Shown here: piece by piece, positions 1 through 12,642 of the stretch
Position numbering within the stretch: the stretch's first letter is position 1
How the letters are laid out: the number at the start of each line of letters is the position of its first letter
Assembly (NCBI GenBank): GCA_965261395.1
Contig: OZ253462.1
Location: 2,016,001-2,080,000, forward strand
Length of the DNA stretch: 64,000 bases
Source: Candidatus Latescibacterota bacterium
GTDB taxonomy: Bacteria; Latescibacterota; UBA2968; UBA8231
Direction: 5' to 3'
The notes under the pieces: model-generated
The model's database searches: none
What the model saw: only the letters and a program-made list of their open reading frames with translations
Told to the model about the DNA's origin: nothing
Program-made: the position numbers and the translations under genes

Positions 1-2
1 CG

Positions 3-62
3 GAGATGGAAGAGACCGCCGTCGAGGACGTGAGCTGGGGCCAGATCAAGGCTGCTCACTAA
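3..62 (+). CDS. 3' end of a probable secreted protein ending in a TAVEDVSWGQIKAAH tail (partial)
   Basis: The frame from base 3 reads EMEETAVEDVSWGQIKAAH* (TAA at 60-62) and is followed by a terminator. The tail resembles the AVE..SWG.IK terminus I recall from secreted proteins of Latescibacterota/Poribacteria. Confidence 0.75.
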   Translation, partial: EMEETAVEDVSWGQIKAAH

Positions 63-93
63 GAAATCCGCGACTGCTTTTTCAGGGTATGCG

Positions 94-130
94 AAAAGCC
101 CTGCTTCCTTCGGGAAGTAGGGCTTTTTTT
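94..130 (+). terminator. Intrinsic terminator, probably bidirectional
   Basis: AAAAGCCCTGCTTCC-TTCG-GGAAGTAGGGCTTTT stem with a cUUCGg tetraloop and a T-tract. Confidence 0.9.
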
Positions 131-223
131 ATTATAACAGAGCCAAAGAGAACAACATGAGTCGTATCGAAGCGAACATACTGTTTGTGGAACCGCCCGA
201 GTAGGCTCCGCTCTTCTGCCTGT

Positions 224-298
224 TTTCAACTGGTCCCAATACTGGTCCCAGGATCGATGGATCGTAGGATAGCGTTCGTTCCAGGTCTCGCCGAATGT
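224..298 (-). pseudogene. IS256-family transposase remnant
   Basis: The minus frame reads TFGETWNERYPTIHRSWDQYWDQLK, which resembles the F..KW..KYP.I.RSW...W..L segment of IS256/Mutator transposases. No full ORF or TIRs are present. Confidence 0.6.
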
Positions 299-348
299 GA
301 ACTGGTGCTCGCCCGTAAATTGAACATCATCCATAAAGAAGAAACCGC

Positions 349-3641
<3,293 letters not shown>

Positions 3642-3642
<1 letters not shown>

Positions 3643-6600
3643 TGGCGAAGAAGAAGGCCAAAGCGACCCACAAAAAGCCGCAGGTGCTCTTCACCAGCAA
3701 GCTGGTGCTCAACCAGTGGCTGTTGTCGCTCTTCAACGTAAAGCGCTTCGAGGAACTGGCCGAACACCTACACGATGAGGCGCTGGAAGGGCTGGACGAG
3801 AACAACATCCACCGCTTCCACCACGCGCTCACGACGCATCACTCCGACCTGACGCAACTGCCCACCGAGTTGCTGCTGGAGTACGACCAGAATATCGTCA
3901 AGCACACGCAACGGCTGAACGAACGGCGGATCACCCGCGGCGAGGAGCCGATCATCTGGAAGTACTTCCAGTATCTGACCTTGCTCTTCAGCGAAATCTA
4001 CCTAGACCGCTACTTCCGCGATCCCAAGGCGCTGCTTGTGGATCTAAACGTGCAGGTGGCCGCCTACAACGCGGACAAGCCCGAGGCCGACCAGATCGCC
4101 GCCTTAGACGAAACCGCTGAAGCCTGGCCGCAACTAAACAAGCTCGCCTTCTGGATGGCCACCGGCAGCGGTAAGACGCTGCTGATGCACGCCAACATTC
4201 TGCAGTACCAGCACGCTCTGACCCAACACGGCCGGCGGCGCGAGTTGAACCGCATCCTCCTGCTTACGCCCAACGAAGGACTCTCGCAGCAGCATCTGCG
4301 CGAGTTTGAGGCGGCGGGCATCGACGCGGAGCTGTTCAACAAGGATGGGCGCGGGTTGTTTAGCGGGCAGAGTATAGAAATCCTCGACATCCACAAGCTT
4401 AAGGACGAGATGGGCGACAAGACCATCGCCATCGACGCCTTCGAGGGGAACAATCTGGTGCTCGTGGATGAAGGGCACCGCGGCGCAAGTGCAGGAGAAG
4501 AAGGCGCGTGGATGCGCTTTCGCAATGCGCTGTGCGAAAAGGGATTCTCCTTCGAGTACTCGGCCACCTTCGGGCAAGCGGTCAAGGACAGCCCCAAGCT
4601 CACCGAGCTGTACGCCAAGAGCACGCTGTGCGACTACTCGTACCGCTATTTCTACGCGGACGGCTTCGGCAAGGACTACCAGATCCTCAATCTCGACCGA
4701 GGAACGCAACAGAACCACCTGGAGCTGTACCTGGTGGCCTGTCTGCTCTCGTTCTTCCAGCAGCAGCGACTCTACCGCGAGCAAGGCGGCACCTTCCGAC
4801 CATTCAACATCGAGCATCCTCTGTGGGTCTTCGTCGGTGGAAGCGTGACGGCGACGCTCGCGAAAAAGGACGCGTCGGACATCGTGGAGATCTTGCAGTT
4901 CCTGGCCCGCTATGTGGCCGATCGCGCCGACAGCATCCAGCGCATCGACCAGATTCTCAACCAGGGCCTTGTCACCGCAACGGGCAAGAACCTGTTCGCC
5001 GGGCGCTTTCCGTATCTCAACACCTGCGGACTCTCGCCGGCGCAGGTCTTCGACAAGACGCTGGAGGCGCTCTTCAACGCCCCCGGTGGCGGCCAGCTCT
5101 ATGTCGAAAACCTTAAAGGCGTGACCGGCGAAGTGGCCCTGCGGCTGGGTGCCGATAACGAAGCCTTCGGCGTCATCAACGTGGGCGACGACACCAAGCT
5201 GGTGAAACTGTGTGAGGAGAACGGCCTTGCCACGGGTGAGCGGGAATTCTCGGGATCTCTATTCCACGAGATCAACCAGCCGCACTCCACGGTGAACCTG
5301 CTGATCGGCTCGAAGAAATTCACCGAGGGCTGGAGCAGTTGGCGCGTCTCGACTATGGGCCTGATGAACGTAGGCAAGGGGGAAGGCGCGCAGATCATTC
5401 AACTCTTCGGGCGCGGGGTCCGGCTCAAGGGCTTCAACCTGAGTCTCAAACGTAGCGGCAAGACGCAACTCCCCGAAGGCGTCGAGCAGCCCAAACACAT
5501 CGGCGTCCTCGAGACGCTCGGAATCTTCGGCATTCATGCCGACTACATGGCACAGTTCCGCGACTTCCTCGAAGAGGAGGGGCTACCCACCAACGATGAC
5601 CGCATCGAGTTCCTACTGCCGGTTATAAAGAACCTCGGCACACAGAAACTCAAGACGATCCGTCTCAGGAAGACGATCAACGGCATCAGCACCGAATTCG
5701 GCGACGCGTTTCGCAAGCTCGCCCCCGTCCCGACCGTCGCGCCGCCGGACCCCGCCGGTGATCCGAGTACCGAATACCTCCAGAGAAACCAAGTGGTGCT
5801 CAACTGGTATCCGAAAATCCAAGCGATGACGTCGGGCGGTCTGATTGGCGGCGATGCCGATGCCGCGCCGAACGAGGCCCACCTGACATCCCGCCATGTG
5901 GCCTTCCTCGATCTCGACCACATTTGCTTCGATTTGGAGCGATTCAAGGCCGAGCGCGGCTGGTACAACCTGAATCTCACACGGCAGGGGGTCGAGGCAC
6001 TGCTCGGCGACTCGAGTTGGTATCGCTTACAGATTCCCGCAGAGGAACTAGTCGGGGATTCCTACGAGAAGGTGCGCCTCTGGGAGGAGATCGCCGTTGC
6101 GCTGCTCAAGAAATACACCGAGCGCTACTATACCTTTCGCAAGCAGGAGTGGGAACTTCCTCACCTCGAATACCGCGACCTAGACGGCGACGACCCAAAC
6201 TTCCTCGGTGTGAAGGATTCGCCGCACGAAGGCTACCGCATCTTAGTCGACAAGTCGCAGGAGGAGATCGTAGCCAAGCTCAAAGAGCTCAAGACCGCCA
6301 TCCAGAAGGGCGAGCTCAAGCCTTGGGAATTCCAAGGCATGAAGGCCATCTGGTTCGGGAATCACTTGTACCAGCCGTTGCTCTGTCTTGACACGCACGT
6401 CGTCGAGATCAGTCCCGCGCCGCTGAACAAGGGCGAACGACAGTTCGTCGAGGACCTGAAGATATTCCACGACGGGAATGCGAATTTCTTCAAAACCCGC
6501 GAACTCTATATGCTACGGAACTTGAGCAGAGGTCGCGGTGTGGGCTTCTTCGAAGCCGGCAACTTCCACCCCGACTTCATCTTGTGGCTGATCGAGGACG

Positions 6601-6869
6601 CTCAGCAGCGGATCATCTTTGTGGATCCCAAGGGAATCCGGAACCTCGGGCCGAGTGATCCCAAGATTCAGTTCCACGAGACCGTCAAGGAGATCGAACA
6701 ACGCCTAGGTGATTCCGACGTGAGCTTGCAGTCCTTCATCGTCTCGAACACTCCATCCGCGACGATGCGGAGACAGTGGAATAAGGAAAAGAACGAGATG
6801 CAGAAGTGTAATATCCTTTTTCAGGAAGAGGACAAGGACAGTTACGTTGGGACAATACTGAATGGGTAA
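3642..6869 (+). CDS. res: Type III R-M restriction subunit (SF2 helicase + PD-(D/E)xK nuclease)
   Basis: MATGSGKT Walker [18 protein letters not shown] and C-terminal FHPDFILW...FVDPKG. ATG at 3642 overlaps the mod stop. Confidence 0.9.
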
Positions 6870-6923
6870 GCGGTGACCTTAGCACCCATCAAGGCCGCTC
6901 ATTGGTCTCCCTCTTTCAACAAC

Positions 6924-6967
6924 CGCACAAAAAAGCCGGCACCCCGAAAGGTGCCGGCTTTTTTGCG
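6924..6967. terminator. Bidirectional intrinsic terminator
   Basis: AAAAAAGCCGGCACC-CCGAAA-GGTGCCGGCTTTTTT between convergent genes. Confidence 0.9.
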
Positions 6968-6986
6968 TCCAAATCGCGCGACGTGC

Positions 6987-7718
6987 TCACTCGCCGATCA
7001 TCTCCTGCATCTTAGCGGCAACCCAGTCAATGGCCACATCGGCCATCACCCGGCCTTTCTTCGGCGTGGCCAAGTCGCGGCCCGCCTCGAAGTAGATCGG
7101 GTCGCGCGGGGCGTAGCTCTCGCTCTGTATCTGGAGATTGGCCGCTTCGTAATCGACCCCCTTCCACTGTACGTTCTCGGGAAACGCCGCCATGGCAAAC
7201 GAGGTCTCAAACTCGGCTGCGTGCGCCGGGCAGTCCCCAGAGTCCATCACTTCGGCGACCAGCTCCTGCGAATACGCCGTCCAATACGAATAAAACTGCA
7301 CGTCCATGTCCAGCCGCTTGCTGAACTCCTCGACTTGGCCGCCCAAAGGGCCATTGCCGGCGTGGCCATTGCATATCAGGACGTGCTCAATCCCGTGCCG
7401 CTTGAGCGACTCGCACACGTCATAGGCCACGGTAAAGAAGGTCTCTGGCCGCAGGCTCAAGGTGCCGGGGAACTCCATCCAGTGCTCGGATATGCCTATG
7501 GACAGGGGAGTGGCCACCACCACTTGCGGATAGAGTTGCAAAGCCGCTTGGTGCGCCACATGCGCCGCGCTGGCGGTATCGTGCTCCATCGCCAAGTGCT
7601 CGTTGTGCTGTTCCGTGCTGCCGGTGGGCAGAATCGCCCCCTTGATCAGGCCCTGTTCCAGCCGCTCGCGCACGTGGCGGCGAGTCAATTTCCACAGCCG
7701 TACTTCTTCGACGATCAT
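6987..7718 (-). CDS. Creatininase/creatinine amidohydrolase family protein
   Basis: LPTGSTEQH.EHL...D, G.SEHW..FPGTLSL, NGHAGN and HAAEFETS motifs. Confidence 0.9.
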   Translation of the reverse strand: MIVEEVRLWKLTRRHVRERLEQGLIKGAILPTGSTEQHNEHLAMEHDTASAAHVAHQAALQLYPQVVVATPLSIGISEHWMEFPGTLSLRPETFFTVAYDVCESLKRHGIEHVLICNGHAGNGPLGGQVEEFSKRLDMDVQFYSYWTAYSQELVAEVMDSGDCPAHAAEFETSFAMAAFPENVQWKGVDYEAANLQIQSESYAPRDPIYFEAGRDLATPKKGRVMADVAIDWVAAKMQEMIGE

Positions 7719-7799
7719 CGTTCTACTCCTCGGGTTCGCGTTTGACAGTGCAACTCTCAGGGCCTATCATGCAAAATTAATTGACCGGAGACAACGCCC

Positions 7800-8714
7800 A
7801 TGCGCATCGCTTGCTGTTTTTTACTCTTGATCGCCCTGCCCCTAGCCGCCCAAACCGACCAGTACGAAGGCTTCGCCGGCTTCTGGCTCGAAAACGACCG
7901 CGCCGAGGCTTTTGCCATCGCCGCGCCCTATCCGCGGGTCCTCGCCTTCCGCCTCAAAGGCGGCGAAACCCCCCTCCATGTCTCCCGCGAATACGAATAC
8001 ATCGGCGTGCGCTCGTGGTTCTTCGAGCCGACGCAGATTCCCGCATCCGGGCTACCGGCCCTGCAACTGGCCACCGCTGAGATGACCGGCGCGCGCTCCG
8101 TGCGCCTCACCGCCGCCCCGGACGATAGCTCGGGCCTACAACTCATCATGGAGGTCGCGCTCGACAGCGAGCGGCCCGTGCTCCAGATCCGCCACGGCTT
8201 CAAAAACATGCGCGCCGCAAAGCGCCGCATCGCCTGTTGGGCCCTCAACGCGATCCGCCCCGATGCGGGCGTCGGCGTCGTACCCTGGCGCAGCACGGGC
8301 CGCCGCAGCTTGCTGTTCTGGCCGAGCACCGACCCCAACGAAAGCGGCATCCACCTAGGCCCCCGCGCCCTCGCGCTCGACTATCGGATCGAGCCGCAAA
8401 ATGGCTGGCACAAGGTCGGTACCAATAGCGACGCCGGTTGGATCGCCTTTGTGTGGAATGGAAATGCGCTCAAATCTACGGTCGCCCATGTCGCCAACGC
8501 CGAATACCCCGAAGACGGCGGCACGGTGACGATGTTCAACTCCACGCCTGAAGTATTCGACGGCAAGCCGCGCTTTGGCGAGATCGAAAACGTCGGCCCT
8601 TTGAGCGAACTGATGCCGGGCGACACTTTGTGGATGGAGCAAGAGCTGGAGTTGTTTACTGGAATTGAGACTGACGATCCCGAAAACTGGGTCGAAATGC
8701 TGGGGGGCGAATAG
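7800..8714 (+). CDS. Exported beta-sandwich protein, DUF4380/aldose-epimerase-like
   Basis: N-terminal signal peptide, PRVLAF, KVGTNSDAGW, AEYPEDG and EIENVGPL..L.PG motifs. Confidence 0.55.
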   Translation: MRIACCFLLLIALPLAAQTDQYEGFAGFWLENDRAEAFAIAAPYPRVLAFRLKGGETPLHVSREYEYIGVRSWFFEPTQIPASGLPALQLATAEMTGARSVRLTAAPDDSSGLQLIMEVALDSERPVLQIRHGFKNMRAAKRRIACWALNAIRPDAGVGVVPWRSTGRRSLLFWPSTDPNESGIHLGPRALALDYRIEPQNGWHKVGTNSDAGWIAFVWNGNALKSTVAHVANAEYPEDGGTVTMFNSTPEVFDGKPRFGEIENVGPLSELMPGDTLWMEQELELFTGIETDDPENWVEMLGGE

Positions 8715-8773
8715 CGGCCCAAGCCTAGAGCAAGATGAAGCGGATGTATTGGGTTCTTTTTAGGACCAGCCCT

Positions 8774-10249
8774 TCAAGCCCGCCATAAGTCGAGTTGCGG
8801 CCTGTCGCCGATTTCGATCAGCGATCCGGCCGCTTCAAAGGGCATGCGCCCGCCAATGCAGTACGTACATAAGTTGCGCTCGGGCAGGCCGGCGCGGGCA
8901 AAGGCTTCTAGCATCCCCTGCTGCGACAAGTAGATCACTGGCGTCCCCATGACCTCGCCAATGGCCTCGGCCGTGCGCCCACGTGCGATAAACTCGTCGC
9001 CCGGCGGCGGATCCGGCGGCATATCCACCCCAAAGGTGCATCCCCTCGGCACGCCATCGTCGCCGATTATGCCAATCGGCGGCGTGTAACTCAGCAAATA
9101 GGCCTGCTCGACGCCGGCCTGCTCGTAGAGCAAGTCGCAGGCGCGCTTGGAATTGTTGCCGCGGATGATGCTGTCGTCGATCAGGATCACGGTCTTGCCT
9201 TTGAGCTTTTGTGCCATCCCGGACAAAAGATGCAGGTTCTGGTCAATCGAGTTTTTGCGCTCGCCAGCGGTCGAACCTTGGAACGAACGCTCGCCGCGCA
9301 TCTTGTAGAACACGGGTTCAAAGGGCAGTTCCGCCTGTTTGGCATAGGCGCGGGCCGCTACCTCGGGACAGCGCGGCAGGTACGTAACTAGATCGACGTC
9401 GGGCGGCAGAAATTCCTCACTAAGCATTTCCCCTAGCGATTCGCGGATGCGGCGCACGCTGACGCCGCTGATGATCGAGTCGAGGTCGGTGATGTAGTTC
9501 CACTCAAAAAAGCAATAGGCTAGATTGGTCTGGACCACAACTTCCTTGCTGTAGTTTCCTTCGGGCGTGAGATAGTAGATCGCTCCCGGCTCCAAGTCTT
9601 CGACGTATTCGCCGCCGTTTTTGCGGAAGGCGATATCCTCCGAGGCCATCACGTACTTGCCGTCCTTCCAGCCGAGCACCCCGGGCTTGATCCCGGTGCG
9701 GTCGCGCATCGCGATCACGTCGCGCTCGCGCTTGTCGGCGATGGCCAAGGTGTAGGCACCGGGCACTTCCTTGAGGAAATTGTGCGCGCCGCGCTCGCGG
9801 TAGAGGTAGAGCAGGGCCTCGGTATCGCAGCTCGAATACAAGTGCAAGGGGGCCGAGTCCTCGAAGAAGACCCGGTCAATTTGGCCGTTGTGGACGGCCG
9901 CCATGTCGCAGTCCCAGATCAGGATGTGGTTGTCGCGGTGTTCGATTGTGCCGCCAATGACATGCGGATGCGCCTCCTCGAGAATTTTGTCCTTTGAGCC
10001 GCGAGTGGCGTAGCGCACGTGAGCCATGTAGGTGTGGTAGTTGGGGCTGAGGAAAATTTTGTGCAGGTCGGTTACGTCGAAGCGCGAGACCCCGCCCTTC
10101 CACTTGATCACGTCGATGCGGTCGTCGCCTACTGCGGCAATGCCGGCCGCCTCGCGGCCTCGATGCTGTAGCGAATGGATAAAGCGGTAGGCATCGTGCA
10201 GAGAGTGGGCTACGGTCAAACCGCAGTTGTGGCGAACGACTTCGGCCAT
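8774..10249 (-). CDS. purF: Amidophosphoribosyltransferase-like protein (class II GATase + PRTase), divergent
   Basis: Short propeptide then CG, LQHRG.E.AG, HVRYAT, HNGQ, IDDSIIRG PRPP loop, FGVDMP and C-terminal CxxC. Confidence 0.75.
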   Translation of the reverse strand: MAEVVRHNCGLTVAHSLHDAYRFIHSLQHRGREAAGIAAVGDDRIDVIKWKGGVSRFDVTDLHKIFLSPNYHTYMAHVRYATRGSKDKILEEAHPHVIGGTIEHRDNHILIWDCDMAAVHNGQIDRVFFEDSAPLHLYSSCDTEALLYLYRERGAHNFLKEVPGAYTLAIADKRERDVIAMRDRTGIKPGVLGWKDGKYVMASEDIAFRKNGGEYVEDLEPGAIYYLTPEGNYSKEVVVQTNLAYCFFEWNYITDLDSIISGVSVRRIRESLGEMLSEEFLPPDVDLVTYLPRCPEVAARAYAKQAELPFEPVFYKMRGERSFQGSTAGERKNSIDQNLHLLSGMAQKLKGKTVILIDDSIIRGNNSKRACDLLYEQAGVEQAYLLSYTPPIGIIGDDGVPRGCTFGVDMPPDPPPGDEFIARGRTAEAIGEVMGTPVIYLSQQGMLEAFARAGLPERNLCTYCIGGRMPFEAAGSLIEIGDRPQLDLWRA

Positions 10250-10338
10250 AGACGAACCTCACTGAAAAATACTGAGAATGTGAAGGGAATGTAACGCAAA
10301 AACTACAGGCGACCGCACCATACGGCAAGGCCGCGGTG

Positions 10339-11709
10339 CTACAACGTCAGAATCAGCCCTTGTGCCAAGAGCGACTCAACCGTCTGGGCAAACGCCGCGG
10401 TCGCCTCCTCGACATCTTGGGCCGTGTGCGCCGACGAGAGCACGCCACCGGTGGAGCTCATGTTATCGACCCCATAATAGCGCAGATTGCGCTGGTACTC
10501 TTCGACTAGCTTCCCCGGCATCCCCTTGAGCCGCTCGGCCTCGGTCGCGTGTAAATCCGCCCGGCTGTGGGCTTTTTGCACGCGCTGGCGATCGGTTTCA
10601 AAATAGACGTGGAAGGTCGAACACACTCCGTACACGTACCCGGCGATACCTCGGCGCTCCAGTACTTCGTCCCAGGCGGTGCGCAGCTCGGCGGCGCGGG
10701 CGTTGGCTTGGTCTATCGGCTCGCCCGTGGCCACGCGCTTGAGCACGGCGATCCCAGCCGCAGCCGAAAGCGGTGCCCCGTTAAAAGTCCCTTGGTGCGT
10801 CACCCGCTGACGGGCATCGTCCGTCACGTCGAAGAGGGCCATAATGTCCGCTCGCCCCACCACGGCCCCGCCGGGCATGCCGCCGGCGACCACCTTGGCA
10901 AAACAAGACAGGTCCGGCCGCAGCCCGTAGAGCACTTGCGCACCGCCTGGGCTGAAGCGAAAGCCGGTGACCACTTCATCGAAAATCAGCACTACCCCGC
11001 GCGCGCTGGTTATTGTTTGCAGATCGCGCAAAAACTCCGGCGCTAAGGGCACTCGTCCCCACGATCCCCCCGACGGCTCGATAATAACCGCCGCAATATC
11101 GCCCTCTGCGTCGAGGACATCGGCGACGTGGTCTGCATCCCCCGCCGGCATGCAGACCACGTGCTCGCGCACCTGTGGCGGGATGCCCAACGAGCCGTCC
11201 GCGTCAAAGGGCGGCTGCACGCCGCGCATCACATCGTCGTGCCACCCGTGGAAGTGGCCGGCAAAGCGCAGCACCTTGTGGCGGCCAGTAAACGCTCGCG
11301 CCAAGCGCAGCGCCAGCAGGGTCGCCTCCGTCCCCGAATTGACCAAACGCACGCGCTCGGCCGAGGGGACCAGGGCCTGTATCCGCTCGGCCCACTCGAT
11401 GTGCAGCGGATGGTCGTTGCCAAAGTGCGTCCCTCGCCCCACCGCCTCGGCGATGGCCGCTACGACTTCGGCGGGCGCGTGCCCCAAGAGCAGGGCACCA
11501 TTGCCGAGTAGGAAGTCGATGTACTCGTTGCCATCGACATCCCATTTGCGGCCGCCGGCCCCCCGCTCGATATAAAGCGGCACCGGCGTCGCGTAGCGCA
11601 GATCGTGCCCAGCCTTGCCGCCGAGCACCTTGCAAGCGCGGGCAAAGTACTCCTGCGACCGGGGGCGCTCCGCTCCGTAAGCCGCGTATATTTCACTGTG
11701 CATCGCCAT
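10339..11709 (-). CDS. Class III aminotransferase (glutamate-1-semialdehyde aminomutase-like)
   Basis: DVDGNEYID, NSGTEAT, FHGWHD, LIFDEVVTGFR and PLP-lysine FAKVVAGGMP. Confidence 0.9.
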   Translation of the reverse strand: MAMHSEIYAAYGAERPRSQEYFARACKVLGGKAGHDLRYATPVPLYIERGAGGRKWDVDGNEYIDFLLGNGALLLGHAPAEVVAAIAEAVGRGTHFGNDHPLHIEWAERIQALVPSAERVRLVNSGTEATLLALRLARAFTGRHKVLRFAGHFHGWHDDVMRGVQPPFDADGSLGIPPQVREHVVCMPAGDADHVADVLDAEGDIAAVIIEPSGGSWGRVPLAPEFLRDLQTITSARGVVLIFDEVVTGFRFSPGGAQVLYGLRPDLSCFAKVVAGGMPGGAVVGRADIMALFDVTDDARQRVTHQGTFNGAPLSAAAGIAVLKRVATGEPIDQANARAAELRTAWDEVLERRGIAGYVYGVCSTFHVYFETDRQRVQKAHSRADLHATEAERLKGMPGKLVEEYQRNLRYYGVDNMSSTGGVLSSAHTAQDVEEATAAFAQTVESLLAQGLILTL

Positions 11710-11720
11710 AGCCTTTCTAT

Positions 11721-12470
11721 CTACGACCGTCCGCCACAGGCGGTAATCGTCTGTCCGGTGATAAAACTGGACTCTTCGGACAATAAAAAACGGACCACTG
11801 ACGCCATCTCGGCTGGATCGGCCATCCGTCCCATCGGGGTGTTAGCGATTAGCTCGGCGACTTGCCCGGGATTGGCCGAGCGCGCTAGCTCGGTATCCGT
11901 CAGCCCTGGCGCTAGACAGTTGATCCGCACGTTGTGCTCGGCAAGCGCTTGGGCGCACTGCCGGGTGAAGGCGATGACGGCCGCCTTTGTCGTGGCGTAG
12001 TGGATCATGTTCGGCTTGAGCAGCCAAGCGGCCAGCGAGGAGATATTGACGATCCGCCCAAAGCGCCGCGCGATCATCTCGTCCTTGACGGCCCAGGTGG
12101 TCAAAAACGGCCCGTGGACATTGACCGCGAACATCCTTTCCCACTCGGCAAAGCCGAACTCGCTGTGCTCTTGGGTATAGGCGATCCCAGCGTTGTTGAC
12201 CAGCAGCTCGACCGGCCCGAATGCCGCGCGCACTTGGGCGACCATCCGCTCGACTTCTGCCTGCTGTGACACGTCGGCCTGGACGGCCATGCCCTCGGTG
12301 CCGCATGCCTCGACCTGCGCCAGAATCTCCTGCGCCGCCTCGGCGTTGTGTTGGTAGTTGATGGCGACCTTGGCCCCGTGCTCGGCCAGCATCCGGACGA
12401 TGGCGCGGCCGATGCCGCGACTGCCACCGGTTACTAAGGCAGTGCGCCCGGCAAATATTGCTGCGGTCAT
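11721..12470 (-). CDS. Short-chain dehydrogenase/reductase (FabG-like)
   Basis: TGGSRGIG, NNAG, YATTK and FITGQ. Confidence 0.92.
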   Translation of the reverse strand: MTAAIFAGRTALVTGGSRGIGRAIVRMLAEHGAKVAINYQHNAEAAQEILAQVEACGTEGMAVQADVSQQAEVERMVAQVRAAFGPVELLVNNAGIAYTQEHSEFGFAEWERMFAVNVHGPFLTTWAVKDEMIARRFGRIVNISSLAAWLLKPNMIHYATTKAAVIAFTRQCAQALAEHNVRINCLAPGLTDTELARSANPGQVAELIANTPMGRMADPAEMASVVRFLLSEESSFITGQTITACGGRS

Positions 12471-12515
12471 GTGCGTTGGCTTTCGTTAGTCGAGAGGAAA
12501 TTTTGATGATAGCGC

Positions 12516-12546
12516 AAAAAGGGGCCGGGAGCAATCCCGACCCCTC
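12516..12546 (-). terminator. Intrinsic terminator downstream of the GntR-ABC operon
   Basis: Minus strand GGGGTCGGGA-TTGC-TCCCGGCCCC-TTTTT. Confidence 0.7.
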
Positions 12547-12642
12547 TTCTTGGAGCGTCCCGCGAAAATTGCCGAGCAACGCCGTCTGACAGTGCGCCCC
12601 TAGGAACGAGAGCGGAACTCCGTCGTCCTGCGGCCTCCTCCC

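Noticed and set aside
6873-7745. 290-aa plus-strand ORF
   Set aside because: It is the antisense shadow of the creatininase gene and runs through a terminator.
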